A stretch of 64,000 bases of DNA, from NCBI RefSeq assembly GCF_030028105.1, contig NC_092374.1, forward strand, positions 8,856,998 through 8,920,997, written 5' to 3'. This DNA comes from Mobula birostris. Its lineage: Eukaryota. Under the pieces are notes generated by a model. That model was not told the origin of the DNA. It saw only the letters and a list, made by a program, of their open reading frames with translations, and did no database searches. Position 1 is the stretch's first letter; every line of letters starts with the position of its first letter. The translations under genes were made by a program, and so were the position numbers. Positions 24,830 to 35,349 of the stretch are shown piece after piece.

Positions 24830-25560
24830 TTACTTTACTGTGCAGGTGGTGAAACAGTCTCTCACAGGGCGATGCATCAGTATCATGTATTGTATCAAAT
24901 GCAGCCTCCTCTATATCCAGGAGACCCAACATAGATTGGGGTCCACTTCACCGAACTCCTTTCTTCCCTGCTGCTGTCACACCAGGACCCTGCCGCAGCC
25001 AGCCAACTTAATTCCAATTCCCATTTCTACACCAATATGTCTGTTCATCGCCTCCACTATTGCCAGGATCAACCACCTCATATCCTGCCTTGGTAGTCTC
25101 CAACCTGAAGCATGAACATCATTTTCTTTAGCTTCTGGTAACCACTCCCCTCTGCCCCATTTTGATCAGTAATTACTAACCTCATCACTCTTCCTGCCTG
25201 CTCGCACATTCCACTCTCCAGTTCTCCTCCTCACTTCCTTCCCTTTGTTTCATGGTCCACTGTCCTCTCCTAACAGATTCCATCCTTTTCAACCCTTTAT
25301 GATCTCTACCTCTCACCTGCAGCTTCTTGCATCATTGCCAGTGATATCCATCCCTAACCTGCCAATCGCACCTCATTCACCTGTCACCCACCAGCTCTTG
25401 TTCCATCCCTCCCCCTCCTCTTTATTTCTTTATACTGTCTATCTCTCCTCTTTATTTCCAGTCCTGATGAAGGGTCTCAACCCAAAACATCATCTGCCTA
25501 TTTCCCTCCTGACTCACATAGTTCCTCCAGCTTTTCACGTGTTACTGCTTTATTGTTAGA
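24830..25560 (+). mobile_element. Older Penelope-like 3' fragment
   Basis: MYCIKCSLLYIQETQHRL GIY-YIG remnant, pyrimidine tract and decayed HHR near 25458. Confidence 0.65.
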
Positions 25561-25671
25561 TGTGGAAACTTTCTGAACGTCTGCTGTGCTTCTTGGTCAC
25601 CTTAGAGCATAAAATCGAGGGTCAGGAGTCAACCTAATGGAGCCTGCAACCTGCTCCACCATTCAATGATA

Positions 25672-26500
25672 TAAAGCAACACACATCAAAGTTGCTGGTG
25701 AATGCAGCAGGCCAGGCAGCATCTCTAGGAAGAGGTACAGTCGACGTTTCGGGCCGAGACCCTTCGTCAGGACTAACTGAATGAAGAGCTAGTAAGAGAT
25801 TTGAAAGTTGGAGGGGGAGGGGGAGGGGGAGATCCGAAATGATAGGAGAAGACAGGAGGGGGAGGGATGGAACAGTTGAGGCCAGTTCATTGGCTATATT
25901 TAAGAGGGAGTTAGATATGGCCCTTGTGGCTAATGGAATCAAGGGGGTATGGAGAGAAGGCAGGTACAGGGTTCTGAGTTGGATGATCAGCCATGATCAT
26001 ACTGAATGGCAGTGCAGGCTCAAAGGGCCGAATGGCCTACTCCTGCACCTATTTTCTATGTTTCTATGTTTTATGTTTAAGAGCTGGACAGTTGATTGGC
26101 AAAATGGATATGAGAGCATCATGAGGCCTAGGGAGAAAGAAAAGGGGTAGGGGGTAAGCCCAGAGGATGGGCAAGGAGTATAGTCAGAGGGACAGAGGGA
26201 GAAAAAGGAGAGAGAGAAAAAGAAAGTGTGTATATAAATAAATAAATAACGGATGGGGTACGAGGGGGAGGCGCGGCATTAGTGGAAGTTTCAGAAATCA
26301 ATGTTCATGCAATCAGGTTGGAGGCTACCCAGACGGAATATAAGGTGTTGTTCCTCCAACCTGAGTGTGGCTTCATCTTTACAGTAGAGAGGCCGTGGAT
26401 AGACATATCAGAATGGGAATGGGACGTGGAATTAAAATGTGTGGCCACTGGGAGGTCCTGCTTTCTCTGGCGGACAGAGTGTAGGTGTTCAGCGAAATAA
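25672..26500 (-). mobile_element. Penelope-like 3' fragment interrupted by a + strand CR1 3' fragment (about 25872-26070)
   Basis: Reverse complement of the 11.7-12.4 kb element (FAEHLHSVRQRKQDLPVATHFN); intact HHR. Confidence 0.8.
25739..25774 (-). ncRNA. Minimal hammerhead motif (intact core)
   Basis: Reverse strand AGTC-CTGACGA-A-GGG TCTCGG CCC-GAAA-CGTC^GACT. Confidence 0.75.
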
Positions 26501-26569
26501 TATAATGTGTCACCTTTGTGGTAGATTGGTTGTGGATAGTGTAGGAGTTTGTTGTAGATTATAATAGGA

Positions 26570-27410
26570 CATTGACAGGCTAGAGAGCTGGGCTGCAAAG
26601 TGGCAGATGCTGTTCAATCAGAAAAGTGTGAAGTGATTCACTTTAGAAGCTTGGACTTGAAGGCAGAGCACAGGGTTAATGTCAAGATTCTTAGCAGTGT
26701 GGAAGAACAGATGGATCTTGGGTTTCTCGTCCATAGACCCCTCAAAGTTGCTATGCAAGTTGATAGGTTGATTGAGAAGGTGTACGTTGTGTTGGCTTTC
26801 ATTAGTCAGGGTATTGAATTCTACAGCTGTGAGGTAGTGTTGCTGCTCTATAAAACTCTGGTTAGACTTTGGAGTATTGTGTTCAGTTTGGTTGCTTCAT
26901 TATAGGAAGGGTGTGGAACATTTACAGAGGGTATAGAGGAGATTTACCAGGACACTGCCTAGATTAGAGAGTATGTTTTTTGAGGTCAGGTTGAGTGATC
27001 GAGGGCTTTTCTCTTTGAAGCAAAGGAGGATGAAAAGTGACTTGATAGGGGTGGATAAGTTGATAAAAGGCATAAATAGGGAGTAGATAACCACAGTCTT
27101 TTCCCCAGGCCATAAATGTATAAACAAGAGGGCATAATGTTAAAGAGATTTTGGAGGAAAGTACAGTATATGGGGGATGTCAGATGTAAGGTATTTTTAC
27201 ACAGACAGTGGTGAGTGCATGGACTGTGCTGCAAGGGGTAGTGGTAGAGAGATAAATTAGGGACATTTAGAGATTCTTAGATAGGCACATGGATGATAGA
27301 AAAATGGAGGGTTATGTGGCAGGGAAGAATTAGATTGGTCTTGGAGTAGGTTAAAAGGTTAGCACAACAAAGTGGGCTGAAGGGCCTGTACTGTACTGTT
27401 CTATGTTCTT
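26570..27410 (+). mobile_element. CR1 3' fragment
   Basis: EKCEVIHFRS..QVDRLIEKVYVVLAFISQGIEF..LYKTLVR and 3' tail. Confidence 0.8.
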
Positions 27411-27728
27411 CATCATTTCCTGATCTTCATATCGATTGACTCCTCCAGACTCCAAAAGTCTATTCAAAATATAGTGACCTTGATTTCACAGCTCCCTGAG
27501 TAAAGAGACTATTCCTGTCTTTGGTTGTAAACAATCCTCCCATCTGTTGGGGGACCCCACACTCTGATTCAAGACCCTTCAGACATGGAGAACATCCTCT
27601 TACCATCTACCTTGGTAGGCAATTAGAAGATCTCAATGAGCTCAGTTCCCACTTTTCCCAGACCCAACGGATTTGCCCTGCTAGGTGTGATATGATCTCA
27701 CTTTCTCTTTCAGTTAATAGTTTCAGAC

Positions 27729-28041
27729 GTTGGCACGTGGCCAAGTGGTTAAGGCGTTCGCCTAGTGATCTGAAGGTCGCTAGTTCGAGCCTTGGCTGAG
27801 GCAGCGTGTTATGTCCTTGAGCAAGGCACTCAACCACACACTGCTCTGCGACGACACCGATGCCAAGCTGTATGGGTTCTAATGCTCTTCCCTTGGACAA
27901 CATCAGTGTTGTGGAGAGGGGAGACTTGCAGCATGGGCAACTGCTGGTCTTCCATACAACCTTGCCCAGGCCTGCACCCTGGAAACCCTCCAAGGCACAA
28001 ATCCATGGTCTCACGAGACTAACGGATTCCTATAAAAAAAG
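27729..28041 (+). mobile_element. Young tRNA-derived SINE
   Basis: A box TGGCCAAGTGG 27738-27748, B box GTTCGAGCC 27783-27791, GTCCTTGAGCAAGGCAC core, A-rich tail, TSD TAGTTTCAGAC at 27718-27728 and 28042-28052. Confidence 0.85.
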
Positions 28042-28549
28042 TAGTTTCAGACAAACACTGATGGGAACTTTTGGCTTATGGTGAAGGAAGTGTCTGCCAC
28101 TGGCCTCGAGCAGAGCCAACCACAAAGATCTAATAATATCTCTGGTTCAAAGTAAATTTATTATCAAAGTACATATACGTCGCTGTATACAACCCTGAGA
28201 TACATTTTCTTGCAGGCATACTCGGTAAATCCATAATAGAATAACAACTATAATAGAATCAGTGAAAGACCGGACCGATTTGGGTGGAGGGGGGGAGACC
28301 TGAGAGGTGTACAATATGATGAGATGCAGGGATGAGGAAAACTCTTCCATGGGCGGTCGCAGGCTCAGCTGCAGAAGGAGGAGGGTAGTGCATGGGGCTG
28401 GCAACCCCACCCCAGAGCTACAGAAATACCAACGAAAGCTCCAACGAGCTCATCTCTGGGAGTCGGAGGATCTTCACCTCGAGGACGTCTGACGGCATGT
28501 GGCGAAGGCAGAAACCACAGGGCTGATCCATCCACTTCAACTCCCATTC

Positions 28550-29040
28550 AGATATGTCCATACATGGCCTCCTCTACTGCCATGATGAGGCTAAACTCAG
28601 GTTGGAGGAGCAACACCTCATATACCGTCTAGGTAGTCTCCAGCCCCTTGGTATGAACATAGAATTCTCCAACTTCCCGTAATTCCCTCCCCCTCCCTTC
28701 CCCCATCCATATGTCACTCTGCCCCCTCCCCCAGCTGCCTACCACCTCCCTCATGGTTCTGCCTCCTTCTACTACCCATTGTGTTTTCCCCTATTCTTTC
28801 TTCACCTTTCCTGTCTATCCCCTCCCTGCCTCCCCTCCCCCACCCCTTTATCTTTCCCCTTACTAGTTTTTTACCTGGAACCTACCAGCCTCCTCCTTCC
28901 CACCCTCCCCCCACCTTCTTTATAGGGCCTCTGCCCCTTCCCTCTACAGTCCTGACGAAGGGTTCCGGCCCGAAACGTCGACTGATCGTTTCCACGGATG
29001 CTGCCTGACCTACTGAGTTCCTCCAGTGTGTTGTGAGAGT
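28550..29040 (+). mobile_element. Penelope-like 3' fragment
   Basis: End of GIY-YIG (HGLLYCHDEAKLRLEEQHLIYRLGSLQP), pyrimidine tract, intact HHR and tail. Confidence 0.82.
28948..28983 (+). ncRNA. Minimal hammerhead motif (intact core), sense strand in intron 2
   Basis: AGTC-CTGACGA-A-GGG TTCCGG CCC-GAAA-CGTC^GACT. Confidence 0.75.
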
Positions 29041-29175
29041 TGCTCAGAATAGAAAGATGTCCGCTTAGGTGGTATTTCTTTAGCCAGAGGGTTGTGAATT
29101 TGTGGAATTTATTGCCACAGGTGCCTGTGGAAGCCAAGTTATTACATAATTCTTTGCAACACTTCTCTATCCAAG

Positions 29176-29535
29176 GTGGTTTCAAAGCAACATCGGTGAT
29201 CGGGAAGAGGGGAGATTCTGCCAGACTGCCCTGTTCCTTCAGTCCCCTTGATAAGAAAGTTGCATCCATCACTATCCTCTGGATGAAGGGGAATCCTTGG
29301 AAAGGGTCCACTGTCTTCAATCAGACTCACTCCAGCTCCGTCAGCCCTCCCTACACCATCACTGTAAACGAAGGAGGTCACTATGAGCTGGTGGGAAACC
29401 CAAAGCAGGGAGACGCCTCCATCGGGGTGATGAACCTCAGAATGAATGACACCGGTGATTATTTCTGTTGTGTTTGGGTCAGGAATTCCACATGGGAAAC
29501 GGTGATTCAGGACGAGACAGGACTCCAGGTTATAG
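29176..29535 (+). CDS. Siglec-15-like gene, V-set Ig exon 2
   Basis: ctctatccaag| acceptor, ATAG|GTAAG donor, phase 1/1, 360 nt. Shows the V-set pattern RLPCSF..ILWMKG..YELVGNPKQGDASI..NDTGDYFCC. Confidence 0.88.
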
Positions 29536-30231
29536 GTAAGGAAACACCTTTGTCAGTGAGAACAGCAGCCGTAATTCTTGAGCCTTAGCATCGTTTGTCC
29601 TGGAGTGGATTTGATAGTGCTTCTCTTTATTCATAAGGAGATCGTGGCTAGCACCAGCATTTCTTACCCATCTGCACTCCCTTCTGCTCGGCAGAGTGGT
29701 GGCAGACTCCCTGTCTGACCTGCTGCTCTCCCTGTGGTGACGGTGCTCCCCCAGCACGTCTGAGCAGAAGCTCCCAGAATTTAGATCGAATTGGCAGCAT
29801 TTTGTTTCCAGGTCAGGGAGGTGTGTAACTTCAAAGTTACACAGTTTCAAATTCCACATCAACTTTAAATTAATTTCACTCAACTTCAACTTTCAAAGTA
29901 AATTTCCCATTAAAAACCATGTATGTTACCATGTACTAACTTGAGATTTGTTTGCTTACAGACATTTACAGGGAAAACGAAATGCAATAGACTTTTACAA
30001 AAAATACTATATGTAAGTTAGTATTACAGCACCAGTGACCAGTCTGTAAGGAGTTTCTGCTTTCTTCCTGTGACCACGTCATTTTCCTCCGGATTAATAG
30101 GTTAATTGGTTACATGGGCGTAAATGGGTGACACTGGGTCTTTGAACCAGAACAGCCTGTTACCCTGCTCTATCTCTAAATAAAACATCATGGAAGGGCC
30201 CCAGAGGACTCCAGGAGGAAATGGTGGTGGT

Positions 30232-30470
30232 GGGTCACGGTAGCCTAGCAGTTAGCATCACACTATTACAGTGAACTGGGTTCAATTTCTGCTGCTGTCT
30301 GTAAGGGGTTTGTATGTTCTCCCTGTGACCGTGTGGGTTTCCTCCGGGTGCTCCAGTTTCCTCCCACGTCCCAAAGGTGTACCGGTTAGTAGGTTAATTG
30401 TCACATGGTGTAATCGGATGCCGCGGGCTCCCAGAAAGACTGGCAAATGTTCAATGTACAAAAGAAAACA
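30232..30470 (+). mobile_element. V-SINE (HE1-like)
   Basis: GGGTCACGGTAGCCTAGC head; GTGGGTTTCCTCCGGGTGCTCCAGTTTCCTCCCAC V-domain. Confidence 0.8.
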
Positions 30471-31209
30471 AACTGTACTACCTCGAGATTCATTTTCTTG
30501 TAAGCTTGTGTAGCCCCCCGGCCAGCCTCAGGGTCCCTCAGCTCGCTGTCGTCTAGGGAAACAGCCCTCGGCCCCGCCAAACTGGGTAATTAGTTTGTGT
30601 GGATGCTGTGTGATGTACCCCACCCCGCCCAAATAACAGAGAATACACCAGATATGATTAAATGATTTACAGTTTATAGATATTACTGGAACTATATAAT
30701 TAATAGAGAATAAAATACGCTTGTAAGAATGCAATAAAATTTATGAAATACCAGACATAAAGGAAGACCGACAAATAATCAATGCATAAGGGAATTCAGA
30801 CTATGTAAATTAAAACAATACTGTGAACGCGAGTTGCAAAGAGTGCTTGAAAGAGAGTCTGCAGGTCGTAGAATCAGTTCAGTGTTATGGTGTGGGGCCT
30901 GAGGCTCCTGTACCTCTTTCCTGACGGTAGTAGCAAGAAGAGGGACTGGCCTGGGAAACTTGACAGTATTTCTCTGTGCCTGTCATTCAAAGGTGGTAGA
31001 AGTTCGTCATGGGACTGACGGGTGCTGGCAAAGAAACTGTGCAAGGTGTTAACTGCAGCCTCAGTGCAGACTACTGGAATTTTACAACACAGAGCAAAGC
31101 TATTTGGCCTGTTTGTCTCTGTTGCCATTTAGAAAGCATTGCCCACTCCCTGCTTCATCTGCAGAGCGCCACAATCATTCCCCATTGAGCACATATCTAA
31201 TGGCATAAA

Positions 31210-31840
31210 GATTAGATTAGATTATGAGGACATGCAGTTTTCTTTTATTGTTATTTAGTATGCATCCATTAAGAAATGATACAATGTTTCTCCAGAATGA
31301 TATCACAGAAACACATGACAAACCGACTGAAAAACTGACCAAAAACCACATAATTATAACATATAGTTACAACAGTGCAAAGCAGTACCGTAATTTGATA
31401 AAGAACAAACCATGGGCACGGTAAAAAGTCTCAAAGTCTCTTGAAAGTACCATCATCTCACGCAGACGGTGAACCTCCAGCGCCGCCAACTTGCCGATGC
31501 AGCATCCTGGAAGCATCCGACCACAGTCCGACTCCAAGTCCGTCTGAAAACTCCGAGCCTCCGACCAGCTCTCCGGCACCGAGCATCGAGCACCATCTCT
31601 GCCGAGCGCTTCGACCCCAGCCTCAGCAACAGGCAATACGCAAAGCTGAGGATTTGGGGCCTTCCCCTCCGGATATTCTCGATCGCACAGTAGCAGCGGC
31701 AGCGAAGTGGGCATTTCAGAAGTTTCTCCAGATGTTCCTCCGTGATTCTCATGGCTGTCTCCATCAAATCAGGATTGTGCACAGCCCCCTAGTTAACACA
31801 TACGACATAATTCGGAACGGCTGCGTGGCGCCGCCATTTG
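31210..31840 (-). mobile_element. About 630-bp non-coding interspersed repeat, copy 1 (putative non-autonomous LINE derivative)
   Basis: Homologous to 41241-41735 and 54480-55157; minus strand starts AAATGGCGGCG and ends in (TAATC)n. Confidence 0.7.
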
Positions 31841-32689
31841 ATAAAGGTCAAATTTACTGTCGCTTTATCTCATGACAATATCAGTGATTCTGACCTGATT
31901 CAAAGTTCGAGATACATTTACTTCAAAGTATGTATACATTATACAACCTTGAGATTCGTCTCCTAACAGGCAGCCACTAAACAAAGAAACCCAAAAGAAC
32001 CCATCAGAAACAGACTGTCAAACACTGCAGAGAGAAAAGTAAATCATGAAAACAATAAACAAAAGCAAATAGCATTCTGAACTGAACTGAGATACAGCGG
32101 AGAAACAAACTGCATGGTAGCGCACCAGTTAACGCAATCACATGACCGTGCCAAAGGTCACCAGGGTTCAATCCCTTACCGCTATGTGTAAGGAGTTTGC
32201 TCATTCTCCCATCGCCACATGGGTTTCCTTCCCCTTCCCACAGCAGTGGAGCAGTGCGCGAACAGGAAACTTATCTGTCAGCTCCACACGGCTGCTTCCT
32301 ATACCGGTCATTCCCTCAGGCTGACTGACACAGTGGTGTAAGTGAGAGGATAGTGTATCAAGGATCACCTTTGTTTGCCATATGCATTTACATATACTCA
32401 GAATTTGTTGTGGTGTGCTGGTCAGGGTGCAGCATGTAACAAAAAAACAACATATGGAATAAAAGGTGCATAAATATATAAATACCCACGGGTGCTAACT
32501 ACGAAGGTTGATCAGATTAACTGCCTGGGGGAAGAAACTTTTAAGATGGTGTGCAGTTTTTGTTTTAATTGCCCTATGGTGCTTTCCAGAAGAGAGCTTT
32601 TGGAGAAGGCAGTTTGCAGGATGGGTAGTGTCCAATAATGTAGCCTGCCTGCTCCTTTGTTCTGGACACGTACAAGTCCTACAGTGATG

Positions 32690-33244
32690 TATATGGGGTG
32701 TCAAGGAGGGGTAGCACCTCTGGTGGAGGAACATGTCGCGTCCTTTTCAGGGCGGTTAGTCCACCTTTGGTCCCCACCTGGCACTCAGCTCTCACCTGTG
32801 GCTCCCCGTAGCTGTTTGCATGCGACAGCGGCCACACCCGGGCAACGGCTTCGACAAGCGGGCTAAACCAGGTGAGGGTAGCCGACGGGTCTCAAACCCT
32901 CGGTGAGATAGGGAGTTGTCTATCCCAGCATGTGAAGACAGACTCCGGCGGATTGAGCGGACGAGACCAATGGAAGGCCCAACGGTCAAGAAGGCGGTCT
33001 CTGCAAGCGTCGTGGAACGTGTAGAGCAGGACAAGACACAGGAGACGTCCTGGTCATCCACTGCGCCTAGTCCCATCTCCAGCCGTCTAGACTCTGTCTT
33101 GCCACTGGACATAGATGGGAATTGGGAAGAGAGAGTGAGGCTGACGCTGCGCAACTCTCCCTCACTTAAATCCAAATCATGCGCTAGTCTCGACACCATC
33201 ATAATGGTGTCGAGGTCCTCTTTGACGTCAATGATGGACGAACA
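32690..33244 (+). mobile_element. 555-bp non-autonomous retroelement with a 5' HDV-like ribozyme, probably RTE-related
   Basis: TSD ACAGTGATG at 32681-32689 and 33245-33253. Inserted in a Rex1-like fragment; ends in AACAAC; CpG-rich; no recognisable protein ORF. Confidence 0.75.
32695..32876 (+). ncRNA. Predicted HDV-like self-cleaving ribozyme
   Basis: P1 GGGTGT 32696-32701/ACACCC 32834-32839. P2 CTCACCTGT 32791-32799/ACCAGGTGAG 32867-32876. P3 GGC/GCC. L3 TCCCCGT. GGGCAAC after P1'. P4 around GCTT-CGAC-AAGC. J4/2 GCTAA with catalytic C at 32863. Confidence 0.72.
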
Positions 33245-33414
33245 ACAGTGATGGTTGACTGCAGTCAATGGCCTTTACTGCTGACCTGACAGTTCGCTTT
33301 AGTTTCTGTATATCGTGAGACATATATGTGATATAAACAGTATGAGGATTCCCCCTTCTGGGAAAGGTATGACCCGGACAAAAAGGACGGGTTGGAACTG
33401 AACCCAAGGCGGTC

Positions 33415-34345
33415 CAATATCCTTGCAGGCAGGTTTGCTGGAGCTGTTGGGGAGAATTCAAATGAACTTGGCAGGGGGCTTGGGAACTGGTGTGATAGGG
33501 CTGAATCCCACTGAATCGTGGCTGAATGAAGATTATAGCTCGGAGCTTAATATCCAAAGATACACATTCCATCGAAAGAACAGACAGGAAAGCAGAGGGG
33601 GTGGGCTCTCTCTGTAGGTAAAAACTGAAAACAAATCTTTATAAAGAAGAGATGTAGCATCAGGAGATGTAGAATCCTCGTGGGTAGAGTTAAGAAACTG
33701 GAAGGGTAAAAAGATCTTAATGTTCGTTATAAACATATCCAATGTTGGCATTCATTTTGAGAGGACTCGAATATAAAAGCAAGGATGTAATGTTGAGGCT
33801 TTCTATAGCTTTGGACAGACCACACTTGGAGTATTGTAAGCAGCATTGGGCCTCTTATCTGAGACAAGATGTGCTGGCATTGGAATGGGTCCAGAGGAGG
33901 TTCACGAGAATGGTTCTGGGAATGAAAGGGTTAACGCATAAGGATCGTTCGATGCCTCTGGGCCTGGACTCCCTGGAGTTTAGAATAACGGTGGGGGATC
34001 TCATTGGAACCTATCAAATATTGAAAGGACAAGATAGAGTGGACGCGGAGGGGATGTGTCCTACAGTGGGGGAAGGCACAGCCTCAGAATAGAGGGACGA
34101 TCCATTTAGAACAGAGATGAGGAGGAATCTCTTCAGACAAAGGGTGGTAAATCTGTAGAATTCATTGCCATGGATATTTGTGGAGAACATGTCATTGAAT
34201 ATGTTTAAAACTGAAGTTTTTATATAGGTTTTTGATTAATCAGGGCATCAAAGGTTTTGGGGAGAAGATAGAAAAACAAGGTTGAGAAGGATAATACATC
34301 AGCCATGATGGAGCATAATCAATGGCCTAAATCTGTTCCTATGTC
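33415..34345 (+). mobile_element. Rearranged CR1 fragments (ORF1 end, endonuclease piece, RT end)
   Basis: TESWLNED..RKNRQESRGGG; MLAFILRGLEYKSK..RPHLEYC. Confidence 0.72.
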
Positions 34346-34368
34346 TTATGTTCTAAACCCTTCCTCAA

Positions 34369-34405
<37 letters not shown>
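34369..34405. repeat. (CA)n microsatellite just upstream of the C2 exon acceptor
   Basis: Direct reading of the sequence. Confidence 0.95.
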
Positions 34406-34406
<1 letters not shown>

Positions 34407-34436
34407 TAATTTAATCAATTTTTGTTTCTCCTCGAG

Positions 34437-34817
34437 TCCCGGCCACCATCCTGGAGCTGTCTCTTGTGACTGATGATGACAGAGAGACTCTGGTGTGCAG
34501 GGCTGAAGGAGAACCCCCTGCAAGCATCACGTGGATCGGCCCTGAGAACAGCGCACTGCCCGCCAACGGTAGTGAGATGAGATTCACGCGAGATCCAGAG
34601 CGACATCAGGTTGTTGGGGAGCTTTCCCACCCCAGGACGGGAGGAAGCTACCACTGCGTGGCTGAGAATGGACACGGAAGAGACACGCGTGAGATTGACC
34701 TGTCCGCCACAGATAACAGTTACTCGAATTTCATCATCGGAATGCTGTGCCTGATTCCACTGATTAAGTTTCTTCTCCTTCTGATAACAGGCATCATTCT
34801 CTTCATTAAGATAAAAG
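34437..34817 (+). CDS. Siglec-15-like gene, C2-set Ig domain plus transmembrane exon with charged Lys
   Basis: LVCRAEGEPPASITW..GSYHCVAENGHG resembles Siglec-15 LCTAEGEPPPALAW..GRYTCTAANSLG. TM FIIGMLCLIPLIKFLLLLITGIILFI has Lys at 34766-34768. Phase 1 at both ends (ctcgag| acceptor, AAAG|GTACC donor). Confidence 0.88.
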
Positions 34818-35349
34818 GTACCTCAGGCCTCATCTATTTGTTTTAAAGCGAGTGAGAAGTGAGGCAGTTAGCCATCACAGAACATAGAATATTACAGCAC
34901 GGAACCAGTCCTTCAGCCCACAATGCTGTGCCGATCCTCTCACCTACTCTAATATCAATCTAAACTTTCCCTCCCACATAGTCTCCATTTTCCTATCATC
35001 CATATGCCTAAGTCCCCTAAATGCCCCCAATGTGTCTTCCTCTACCACCACCCCTGGCAGGGCATTCCATGCACGTGTAGAAAAACTTAACTCTATCATC
35101 CTGAATCACCTTAAAATCATGCCCCCTCTTATGGGCTGTAGAGAGCATTCTAACTGGTTGCATCACTGCCTGGTATGCAGGAGAGGCTGCCGCACAGGAT
35201 CTGAAAATGCTGAAGAAAGTTGTAAATTCAGCCGGCTCCATCATGGGCGCTGGCCTCCCCAGCAGTGAGGACATCTTCAAAAGGCGATGCCTCAAAAAGG
35301 CGGCATCCATCGTTAAGGGTCCCCATCACCCAGGACATGCCCTCTGTCT

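Noticed and set aside
27729-27800. Functional tRNA gene
   Set aside because: The A/B boxes continue into a SINE body with a poly(A) tail and TSD; no acceptor stem closes.
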